A DNA stretch of 32,000 bases. It comes from Candidatus Nitrospira inopinata (lineage in GTDB: Bacteria > Nitrospirota > Nitrospiria > Nitrospirales > Nitrospiraceae). The position numbers and the translations under genes were made by a program. Where the stretch lies: positions 3,180,001 to 3,212,000 of the forward strand of contig NZ_LN885086.1 in assembly GCF_001458695.1 (NCBI RefSeq). Reading direction: 5' to 3'. This document shows, one piece after another, positions 1 through 6,966 of this stretch (the first letter of the stretch is position 1; every line of letters begins with the position of its first letter). A model generated the notes under the pieces. That model saw only the letters and a list, made by a program, of their open reading frames with translations. It was not told the origin of the DNA and ran no database searches.

Positions 1-888
1 GCCGTACTTTGAGTGAACAGAGACGTATGTGAAGTCTAGCTCCAGAGGCTCTTCCCTGGATTGCCCCCACTGGTCGTTACGTCTTTCCTCGAACAATCTC
101 ACGAAAGTCTCACGGCCCAGCAACCGTTCGCAAGAACGGGCTTGGGACCTGTGGAAGCCTGATCCCTTTGAGATGGCATTTTCCGTTTTTAGGTCATTCC
201 CCGATTCCAGAAATCCGACCGACCCAAAAACCTGAACAGCAGTGAAGCTGAAAACCGGCGAAAACCGCGCCAAGGATTGAGATGATGACCCAACGTTCAC
301 ATGACTACGAAATCGGATGTCTGTGAAGGTCGTCGCCTCATAAAATCTCGCTTTTTTGAAGGTAGCAGAGCCAAAGAAGACGGCTCCATCAAAATCAGCG
401 CCCTTTTGAAATGTCACTTCGGAGAAATCTGTATCAATCATGTTCCCATTTGCACTGTTTCGTCCGGCGAAACACGTGCCCTGGAAATACACGGTCTCGT
501 CGAATGCGCAATCATGAAAGCTCACTCCCGAAAAATGCGACCGGGCACAATCGACGTATTGCTCAAACCGACATCCCTCGAACTCAACATGTTGCTGAAA
601 ATGAAGGTCATGCAAGAGAAGCCGCTTCCTAAAGACACACTTCTTGAAGATCATCAGAGGAACAATCGCCTCATGACGTGGGCTACTACTGGACGACCCT
701 GATCGCCTTCGATCAATCACTTCGACACTATCGAACACACAGTCGGTGACATTCACGACCTTGACCGACCGCGCGCCGCCGGCAACGGCGTCGTGCAAGT
801 TCAGGTCTCCGACCACCCGCACACACTCCATGCGACCATTATGGATCTTCAAATCCTGCAAAAATAACCGAGCGGGAATTCCTTTCAT
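1..888 (-). CDS. Pentapeptide-repeat (beta-helix) protein, N-terminal 296 codons. The ORF continues past the left window edge.
   Basis: Absent from the supplied track because it has no stop codon in the window. I scanned every plus-frame-1 triplet from 1 to 915 and found no tta/cta/tca, so the minus-strand frame is open to position 1. ATG is at comp(886-888), with an alternative GTG at comp(895-897). Translation: MKGIPARLFLQDLKIHNGRMECVRVV...LHDLHFQQHVEFEGCRFEQYVDCARSHFSGVSFHDCAFDETVYFQGTCFAGRNSANGNMIDTDFSEVTFQKGADFDGAVFFGSATFKKARFYEATTFTDIRF. It shows five-residue periodicity with F/L/V at the centre, as in pentapeptide repeats. Track ORF 301..702(+) is its antisense shadow. Confidence 0.6.
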   Translation of the reverse strand, partial: MKGIPARLFLQDLKIHNGRMECVRVVGDLNLHDAVAGGARSVKVVNVTDCVFDSVEVIDRRRSGSSSSSPRHEAIVPLMIFKKCVFRKRLLLHDLHFQQHVEFEGCRFEQYVDCARSHFSGVSFHDCAFDETVYFQGTCFAGRNSANGNMIDTDFSEVTFQKGADFDGAVFFGSATFKKARFYEATTFTDIRFRSHVNVGSSSQSLARFSPVFSFTAVQVFGSVGFLESGNDLKTENAISKGSGFHRSQARSCERLLGRETFVRLFEERRNDQWGQSREEPLELDFTYVSVHSKYG

Positions 889-985
889 CGCCCTCACCAA
901 AAGACAAATGCGGGGTTACGATCACAGGACAGCTTCCGGATGTCTATCTTCATCGGCGGCTCGACGAAACCTGCTTTCTGCAGTA

Positions 986-1831
986 TTACAGAATCTCCCT
1001 CAACATCTCTACCTGTCGTTCGGTCAGCGGCGCGTCGGCGCGGGGATTCCGCACCAGCATCCGCACGCGGGGAACCGCTCGCTGATGTCTCGCCCGCTCG
1101 ACCACCTCGACGTTGGCCAACCTGGTGCCGGCCTTGGACGGCAGCGGCTCGACGTCCCACAACACGATCAACACGGCGCTGAGATGCGGCAGTTTCGTCA
1201 ATAACACCGTGACGGCGCCGGACAAGGCCTTGACGTCCAGCCACGTTTCTTCCCGTCGGCCGTCCAACCTCCCCGTCAAATCCGCATGAGGAATGGAAAT
1301 TTGCAAAACTACCGGATCGCAATAATCGGCAAGCTGCTTCGCCTTCTGTTGAACACGCGCGAGGATGCGGTGCGTCAGGATCGTTCCGCGACCTTCTTCC
1401 CTCTGTTCATCGGTCTCGGCCATCCCGCGCAATGGGATACGCCGCCGCACCCCCGAGCCCACCATAGCCGTCACCTCGACAAAGAACCGCTCGTGACCCA
1501 GATGACACTCCAAATCGGCAGTGCGCGCCCTTGATTCAGGGAGAAAACAGAGATGGACTCCCGCGCGAACCAGTTGGGTCGCCAGTTCCAATTCGGCCAA
1601 CGCCGACTCTTGCACCCCCGGATCATCTTGAGCCAGTCGGTGCAACAGTCGGCCAAGACGAAGGCCGCTCGGTTCGTCTGCGCAATGGCGACGAAGCGCG
1701 ACCCACCGATCCTCGATGGCCCGTGAAAGCCGTTCGCATCGGGCTTGTGCCCGCGGCATTTTCCGGAGACCATTGCCTTCCCATGAACGGGCGACGACTT
1801 TGACCGTTCCCCTCGACCGCCAACGCGCCAT
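986..1831 (-). CDS. Hypothetical protein (281 aa), no family recognised
   Basis: Track ORF with ATG at comp(1829-1831). It lies 11 nt downstream of the stop of the 109-aa ORF, with GGAG in the spacer, which looks like an operon. The overlapping plus-strand ORFs are Arg/Pro-rich. The segment TADLECHLGHERFFVEVT faintly resembles a nuclease core but is too weak to call. Confidence 0.5.
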   Translation of the reverse strand: MARWRSRGTVKVVARSWEGNGLRKMPRAQARCERLSRAIEDRWVALRRHCADEPSGLRLGRLLHRLAQDDPGVQESALAELELATQLVRAGVHLCFLPESRARTADLECHLGHERFFVEVTAMVGSGVRRRIPLRGMAETDEQREEGRGTILTHRILARVQQKAKQLADYCDPVVLQISIPHADLTGRLDGRREETWLDVKALSGAVTVLLTKLPHLSAVLIVLWDVEPLPSKAGTRLANVEVVERARHQRAVPRVRMLVRNPRADAPLTERQVEMLREIL

Positions 1832-1842
1832 GGCAAACTCCG

Positions 1843-2172
1843 TCAGATTGATTCCGCCTCATTCTCGTCATCCAAAGATCGGGCCAGGAGGTCAGGACGC
1901 TGTCGAGCAATGTGATCATACAGGTCGTCCAACCATCGTCCGGCGCAACCCAGGACTTCCCTCACCAACGGCTCCGGCCGGCCGGTGCGTTTGATGGTCC
2001 ATTGGGAGACGTATTCGAGCAATGTCTCGCGATCGAATCGGCGCGTGGCTTGGGTCGCCAGCGCCGACAATTCGCCGAACCCGGTCTTCAGGATCTCGGC
2101 CACGGTCTCGCGGCCGTACGACGTGCTGGCCGTCACGTACTGTACGGCCCGATTGATTTCATGATCGGTCAT
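1843..2172 (-). CDS. Hypothetical small protein (109 aa), first gene of the minus-strand trio
   Basis: Track ORF with a balanced, non-repetitive composition (MTDHEINRAVQYVTASTSYGRETVAEILK...). It is tightly coupled to the next gene. No family recognised. Confidence 0.45.
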   Translation of the reverse strand: MTDHEINRAVQYVTASTSYGRETVAEILKTGFGELSALATQATRRFDRETLLEYVSQWTIKRTGRPEPLVREVLGCAGRWLDDLYDHIARQRPDLLARSLDDENEAESI

Positions 2173-2320
2173 GCCGCCCTCCCATAATCACCCTGCCGCG
2201 GCCCGTCCGTCGTCGTCAATCCGCCCTCCCCTACATCGGGCCTTCTCTGATATTTCCCTCTTTTTCTCGATCAAACCGATGGTATGATCAAGGGTCACCA
2301 AACCACTCAAGGAGTATCCC

Positions 2321-4126
2321 ATGGCCGGACGCACCACTGCACGACGCGCTGTGAAATCCCCTGCCCGTTCGACGTTTTCCGATCGATGGAACCTCAATGA
2401 CCTGATTGACGACCCCCTCGGCAAATTCGATTCGTTGTTGGCTGATCTGGAATCGAAAGCGGCCCATATCGAGGCCGCTCGTCCCACACTGACTCCCTCC
2501 ATGGCAAGCAACGAGTTGTTGGCCTTGCTTCGCTTGAGCGAGGAGATCGCCCGGGGCTCAGCCCGACTCGGCGCCTACGCCTATCTGTGGTTTTCCGAAA
2601 ACACGAAGAACGCGGAGGCGCGATCGTTCAAGACGCGGGTCGAGGAACGGCTCACCGGCTTGAACAATCGATTGCTCTTCTTCGATCTCTGGTGGCAAAG
2701 CGTCGACGACGCCAACGCGGCCAGGTTGCTGGCGGACATGGGCGACCTGCGCTATCACATGGAGACGATCCGCCGTTTCAAACCGCACACCTTGTCCGAG
2801 CCGGAAGAAAAAATCATCAACATCAAAAACGTGACCGGTCGGAGCGCGGTGCACACCCTCTACGATCTCGTCACCAACGGGTTGACATTCACCGTCCGAG
2901 AGGGCGGGAAGACGAAAACCGTGAATCGAGAAGGGTTGATGGCCTACGTCCGCAGCCTCAAGGCCTCCGTGCGCCAAGCGGCGTATCAGGAACTGTATCG
3001 GGTCTTTACCGCTCACCGCGACCTGCTGGGGGAAATGTACCGAACGTTGGTGAATGATTGGAAGGCCGAAAACATCGGGCTCCGCCGGTTTGCCTCGCCC
3101 ATCGCCACCCGTAATTTGAGCAACGATGTTCCCGACCAGGCCGTTGAGACCTTGTTGGCTTCTTGCGCCAAGAACGCGGAGATTTTCCAAACTTATTTCT
3201 CGTTGAAGGCCAAGATCTGCAAGATCAAGCCGATGAGTCGTTACCACCTCTACGCCCCACACAGGACAGAATCAAAAAAATATTCCTATGCCGACGCGGC
3301 GTCGATGGTCGTCGAGGCCTATCGCGGTTTTTCTCCCCGGCTCGCCGAGCTGGCCGAGCAGGTCTTCCGCGAACGACACATCGACGGACCGACCCGCCCG
3401 GGCAAGATGGGAGGCGCCTACTGTTACAGCGTGGTTCCAGGGCTGACTCCCTACGTCATGCTCAACTACACGGGAGAGGCCCGGGACGTGGCGACGATGG
3501 CGCACGAGCTCGGCCACGCCGTCCATGGAATGATGGCGAAAGACCATTCCATCTTTACCTTTCACGCCACGCTTCCCTTGGCGGAAACGGCGTCGGTCTT
3601 CGGCGAACGGATTCTCTCCGACGCCTTAATGTCCAACGAGCGGAGCAAAGCCGTTCGGCAAGGACTCCTCCTCAGCCAACTGGACGATATCTATGCCACC
3701 GTGCTCCGCCAAACCTACTTCGTCCGGTTCGAGAAACTGGCTCACGGGATGGTCGCCGAGGGCGCCACGGTCGAGCAATTGGCCCAAGCCTACCTTGACG
3801 AGCTCAAGCAACAATTCGGAAAGGCCGTGAAGGTGCCCGATGAATTTCGCTGGGAATGGCTCACGATTCCGCATCTCTACGCCAGCCCCTTTTATTGCTA
3901 CGCCTACAGCTTCGGCAACCTGCTGGTGCTGGCCCTCTATCGCATGTACAAAGAACAGGGGGCCTCGTTCGTTCCCAAGTATCTGGACCTCTTGATGATG
4001 GGAGGCTCGAAATCCCCTCAAGAGATCCTGGCCACCGTCGGCGTTGATATGGCTTCTGAAGCGTTCTGGCAATCCGGTTTCGACGCGATCCGCGACATGG
4101 TGGGTCAATTAGAAGAGACGCTGTAA
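2321..4126 (+). CDS. pepF: M3-family oligoendopeptidase F
   Basis: 601 aa. Zinc motif HELGH lies inside VATMAHELGHAVHGMMA. The C-terminal PHLYASPFYCYAYSFG region and the overall length are typical of M3B PepF. AAGGAG sits at 2309-2314, 6 nt before the ATG. Confidence 0.92.
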   Translation: MAGRTTARRAVKSPARSTFSDRWNLNDLIDDPLGKFDSLLADLESKAAHIEAARPTLTPSMASNELLALLRLSEEIARGSARLGAYAYLWFSENTKNAEARSFKTRVEERLTGLNNRLLFFDLWWQSVDDANAARLLADMGDLRYHMETIRRFKPHTLSEPEEKIINIKNVTGRSAVHTLYDLVTNGLTFTVREGGKTKTVNREGLMAYVRSLKASVRQAAYQELYRVFTAHRDLLGEMYRTLVNDWKAENIGLRRFASPIATRNLSNDVPDQAVETLLASCAKNAEIFQTYFSLKAKICKIKPMSRYHLYAPHRTESKKYSYADAASMVVEAYRGFSPRLAELAEQVFRERHIDGPTRPGKMGGAYCYSVVPGLTPYVMLNYTGEARDVATMAHELGHAVHGMMAKDHSIFTFHATLPLAETASVFGERILSDALMSNERSKAVRQGLLLSQLDDIYATVLRQTYFVRFEKLAHGMVAEGATVEQLAQAYLDELKQQFGKAVKVPDEFRWEWLTIPHLYASPFYCYAYSFGNLLVLALYRMYKEQGASFVPKYLDLLMMGGSKSPQEILATVGVDMASEAFWQSGFDAIRDMVGQLEETL

Positions 4127-4127
4127 A

Positions 4128-4757
4128 TCAAGAGTGGGGCACAGGCGAGGACGGTCGTCTCCGACGTCGCCGATCCGTGAACCGGCCGAAGGCCCTGATT
4201 TCCTCTTCGGTCAGGGCCCGCCATCGACCGGGCATGAGGTCTCCAAGTCGAACCGGCCCGATGGCGACACGCATCAGCCGCAACGTCGGATGTCCCACCG
4301 CCGCCGTCATGCGACGAACCTGGCGGTTCATGCCCTCGTGGATCGTGATCTCCAGCCAAGCGGTCGGCACGGTTTTTCGAAACCTGATGGGCACAGGTCG
4401 CGCCGCTATTTCAGGCTCTTGAGTCAGCAACCTGACTTTTGCCGGTCTGGTTTGCCGCCCGCTGAGGACGACCCCCTCTTCCAGCCTTGCAATGGCCTCC
4501 TCATCGGGCATCCGTTCGACCTGCGCCAAATACACCTTCGGCAACGTATGTCTCGGATCGGTAATTCGATGCGCCATCGCCCCGTCGGACGTGAGGATCA
4601 GCAATCCTTCACTATCGCGATCAAGCCTCCCCGCCGCATAGACGCCGGGCAACGAAATGAAATCCGCCAAGGTCGGCCTACCGTCGCGATCGGTAAAGCA
4701 CGACAACACGCCGTAGGGCTTATTGAAGGCGATGGCGTATTCTTGCATCCTCGTCAT
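4128..4757 (-). CDS. rluE: RluE-type 23S rRNA pseudouridine synthase (RsuA/RluE family, no S4 domain)
   Basis: 209 aa. Contains FNKPYGVLSCFTD, the catalytic-Asp motif AAGRLDRDSEGLLILTSDG, and NRQVRRMTAAVGHPTLRLMRV. The C-terminal tail is Arg-rich. Confidence 0.87.
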   Translation of the reverse strand: MTRMQEYAIAFNKPYGVLSCFTDRDGRPTLADFISLPGVYAAGRLDRDSEGLLILTSDGAMAHRITDPRHTLPKVYLAQVERMPDEEAIARLEEGVVLSGRQTRPAKVRLLTQEPEIAARPVPIRFRKTVPTAWLEITIHEGMNRQVRRMTAAVGHPTLRLMRVAIGPVRLGDLMPGRWRALTEEEIRAFGRFTDRRRRRRPSSPVPHS

Positions 4758-4893
4758 TTCCGTCTTTCACAACGCTCGTCTTCGCCCCAACAACCGGTAA
4801 CGAGTTACAAGAGCAACAACGATCGACAATGAGCTAACAATTGCCCTTTTCCGCCTCCATTATTCTCCCGCATAGCTTGTCTCTCGATCCACG

Positions 4894-4923
4894 TTGACAG
4901 GAGCGAGATTCTTGTGGCATACT
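4894..4923 (+). promoter_or_regulatory. Sigma-70-like promoter upstream of bfd
   Basis: TTGACA (4894-4899), an 18-nt spacer, then CATACT (4918-4923). It lies 36 nt upstream of the bfd ATG. AAAGGAGA Shine-Dalgarno at 4946-4953. Confidence 0.45.
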
Positions 4924-4942
4924 GAGAATGCTTCTCATAATC
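4924..4942 (+). promoter_or_regulatory. Fur-box-like operator
   Basis: GAGAATGCTTCTCATAATC matches 14 of 19 positions of the Fur consensus GATAATGATAATCATTATC by hand count. It sits directly after the -10 element of an iron-related gene (bfd). Confidence 0.4.
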
Positions 4943-4958
4943 GCAAAAGGAGAACGTC

Positions 4959-5168
4959 ATGTATCTGTGCCTGTGCAAGGGAATTACCGAGTCGGACGTT
5001 CGGGAAGCCGGGCGGGCCGGTCTCATCACGCCGAGCCAGCTCAAGGCAAAGTTCGGCCTGAAAGACAGCGGCTGTTGCGGCCGTTGCGCCAAGCATATCC
5101 ACGAATTCGTCGAGCTCGCCGTTCGGGAAGCCCCCGCCACGTGCCATTCGCCCGTGGATTGCCTCTAA
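4959..5168 (+). CDS. bfd: Bacterioferritin-associated ferredoxin, BFD-like [2Fe-2S] protein
   Basis: 69 aa. MYLCLCKGITESDVREA...GCCGRCAKHI gives the C-x-C...C-x2-C pattern and the size expected for Bfd. Confidence 0.85.
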   Translation: MYLCLCKGITESDVREAGRAGLITPSQLKAKFGLKDSGCCGRCAKHIHEFVELAVREAPATCHSPVDCL

Positions 5169-5382
5169 ATCACGTTACCTCTCCCGACCGCCGTATTTCA
5201 GGCCAGGCGGCATGCTTACGGATTGCCTGACCATCTCTCTTCCCGGCCGTCTTGCACAGTGTTTATCATTTTCCCGATCAAGATCGCCCGTCACAGAACG
5301 GTTGCATATCGAGAACCGGCAACAGAGGAGACATCCTCCGATTCGTTTTGTCACTGAAAAGAGGCGGGAGTTAATGAGGGAG

Positions 5383-6030
5383 TTAATGAGAATGAGAAGG
5401 AGCGCCGGCAAGACGTTTGGCGACGTCCGCAACCCGTTGCCCCAGCGCCTTGGCGTCGGCGAGTTCTTTTTTGTCGATGCCGGGACTGTCGCCTTCCGTC
5501 GTGGCAGAAGCGCCAAACGCTCCTCCACCGCTGACCACGATCATTTGATTGCCCAGCATGGCGGCAAGGATCGTGAGCATCGTAATTTCTTTGCCTCCGG
5601 AGACCTGTCCCCCCGTGGCAAAGGCGGCTCCGACTTTGTTCCTCATTTTAAACTCGGGGAAGACGCCGAACTTGAATTGCCAATCGTCGAAAAACGTTTT
5701 GACCTCTCCCGCCATATTGGACCAATAGACCGGGGAGCCGACGATCACGGCGTCCGACGACAACAGATCCTCCGCCGTCACCTGTCCCACACGTTTGAGC
5801 ACGACCATGGTCCCCGCTATCGACTTGGCCCCCTCCGCTACCGCTTCCGCCATTCGTTCCGTATTGCCGGATAGAGAATGATAGGCCACCAGCACTTTCA
5901 CCGGCGGCGGAGCTTCGGCAGCCCATGACCGGTGCTCCAACACGCAGATCATTGTAAAGATCAAAACGATTGCCGAGGGGATTCGTCTGAGATTCATGAC
6001 GGACGCCATACACTGAACGGGCGTGACCAT
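5383..6030 (-). CDS. Flavodoxin/WrbA-like FMN protein with an N-terminal signal-like segment
   Basis: VKVLVAYHSLSGNTERMAEAVAEG, AVIVGSPVYWSNMAGEVKTFFD and GAAFATGGQVSGG match the flavodoxin-like fold. The N-terminus is MNLRRIPSAIVLIFTMICVLEHRSWAAEA: an RR pair, a hydrophobic core, then AxA. Possible starts are GTG 6033, ATG 6030 and ATG 5997. Confidence 0.8.
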   Translation of the reverse strand: MVTPVQCMASVMNLRRIPSAIVLIFTMICVLEHRSWAAEAPPPVKVLVAYHSLSGNTERMAEAVAEGAKSIAGTMVVLKRVGQVTAEDLLSSDAVIVGSPVYWSNMAGEVKTFFDDWQFKFGVFPEFKMRNKVGAAFATGGQVSGGKEITMLTILAAMLGNQMIVVSGGGAFGASATTEGDSPGIDKKELADAKALGQRVADVAKRLAGAPSHSH

Positions 6031-6040
6031 CACCCGAGGG

Positions 6041-6226
6041 CTAGTACCGAAAGGTCTCTTCTTCCATATGCTCTTCGACGGAGACCTCCGTCAACGAGCC
6101 CCTGTAGCTACAACGGTGACACCGGATCCGCCACTCCTCGATCCATTTCTCCTGCACGTACGACTGACGACAGGTAGGGCAGACAAATACCCCTTTCTTA
6201 TACAGCACGCGACGTTTTTCCTGCAT
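6041..6226 (-). CDS. Small zinc-ribbon protein (61 aa)
   Basis: Internal ATG at comp(6224-6226), preceded by GAGGGAG. Protein: MQEKRRVLYKKGVFVCPTCRQ...RIRCHRCSY, with two CxxC pairs. Its stop lies 10 nt before the flavodoxin-like gene. The longer 113-aa track version has an implausible Arg/Pro-rich N-terminus. Confidence 0.5.
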   Translation of the reverse strand: MQEKRRVLYKKGVFVCPTCRQSYVQEKWIEEWRIRCHRCSYRGSLTEVSVEEHMEEETFRY

Positions 6227-6393
6227 GGCTCCCTCGTTCACACCTTCATTGAAGCAAGGTCTTTTCGCGAGAAAGCATGGCACAGCCCTTCTGGCAATTG
6301 CAAGGATGGCGCGCCACGCAACGGCACCCTCCCTTTCTCTTCTCAAAGGAGGATTGCTTGACTCGGTACGGCCCGGCCGCATAGGATGGCCAC

Positions 6394-6864
6394 ATGCAGC
6401 CTATCGGCGTCCTGATCGGTCTCACCATCGCCCTGCTGACCGGCTTTATTTTAGGGGGCTTCCCTGCGTCCGCCGCCGATGGCCGGCTGATTCCCATCAA
6501 AACGCCGGCCGGCGCCGTCGTACAGGCCGAGATCGCCGACACCCCGCTCAAACGCGCCATGGGCCTTATGTATCGTGACCATTTGGACAAGGACCGAGGG
6601 ATGGTATTTCTTTTCGGCCAACCCCAAGCTTGGGGGTTTTGGATGAAAAACACCAAAATCCCGCTCGACATGATCTGGATGGACGCCAAAAAGCGAGTCG
6701 TTCACGTTGAGCGACATGTCCCCATTTGCACGAAGACCGATGATTCCTGCCCGCTCTACAAACCAAACAGCGAAGACGCGATGTACGTGTTGGAGCTCGC
6801 CGCCGGCGCAGCCGAGGAATACAAGATCGAGAAGGGCTCCATCCTGGAGTTTAAAGTTCCGTAG
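6394..6864 (+). CDS. DUF192-family protein with signal peptide
   Basis: MGLMYRDHLDKDRGMVFLF, WMKNTKIPLDMIWMD and YVLELAAG are characteristic DUF192 (COG1430) motifs. N-terminal signal: MQPIGVLIGLTIALLTGFILGGFPASA. Confidence 0.85.
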   Translation: MQPIGVLIGLTIALLTGFILGGFPASAADGRLIPIKTPAGAVVQAEIADTPLKRAMGLMYRDHLDKDRGMVFLFGQPQAWGFWMKNTKIPLDMIWMDAKKRVVHVERHVPICTKTDDSCPLYKPNSEDAMYVLELAAGAAEEYKIEKGSILEFKVP

Positions 6865-6966
6865 TCGGGAAGGCGCCGCTCCCAGCATAATCAAGGCACG
6901 ACGGAAGGGACCGGAAGACACCGTTCTTTCCCCGTCTGTCACCATCGCCGCCGCGACGGCATGCCG

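Noticed and set aside
301-702. A 133-aa plus-strand ORF at the left end
   Set aside because: It lies in the same triplet phase as, and antisense to, the minus-strand pentapeptide-repeat ORF. That ORF is open all the way to position 1 and shows real repeat periodicity.
5366-5389. A tandem 12-mer, GGGAGTTAATGA x2
   Set aside because: There are only two copies, and they overlap the stop codon and 3' end of the flavodoxin-like gene. I see no evidence of function; it is probably a slippage duplication.
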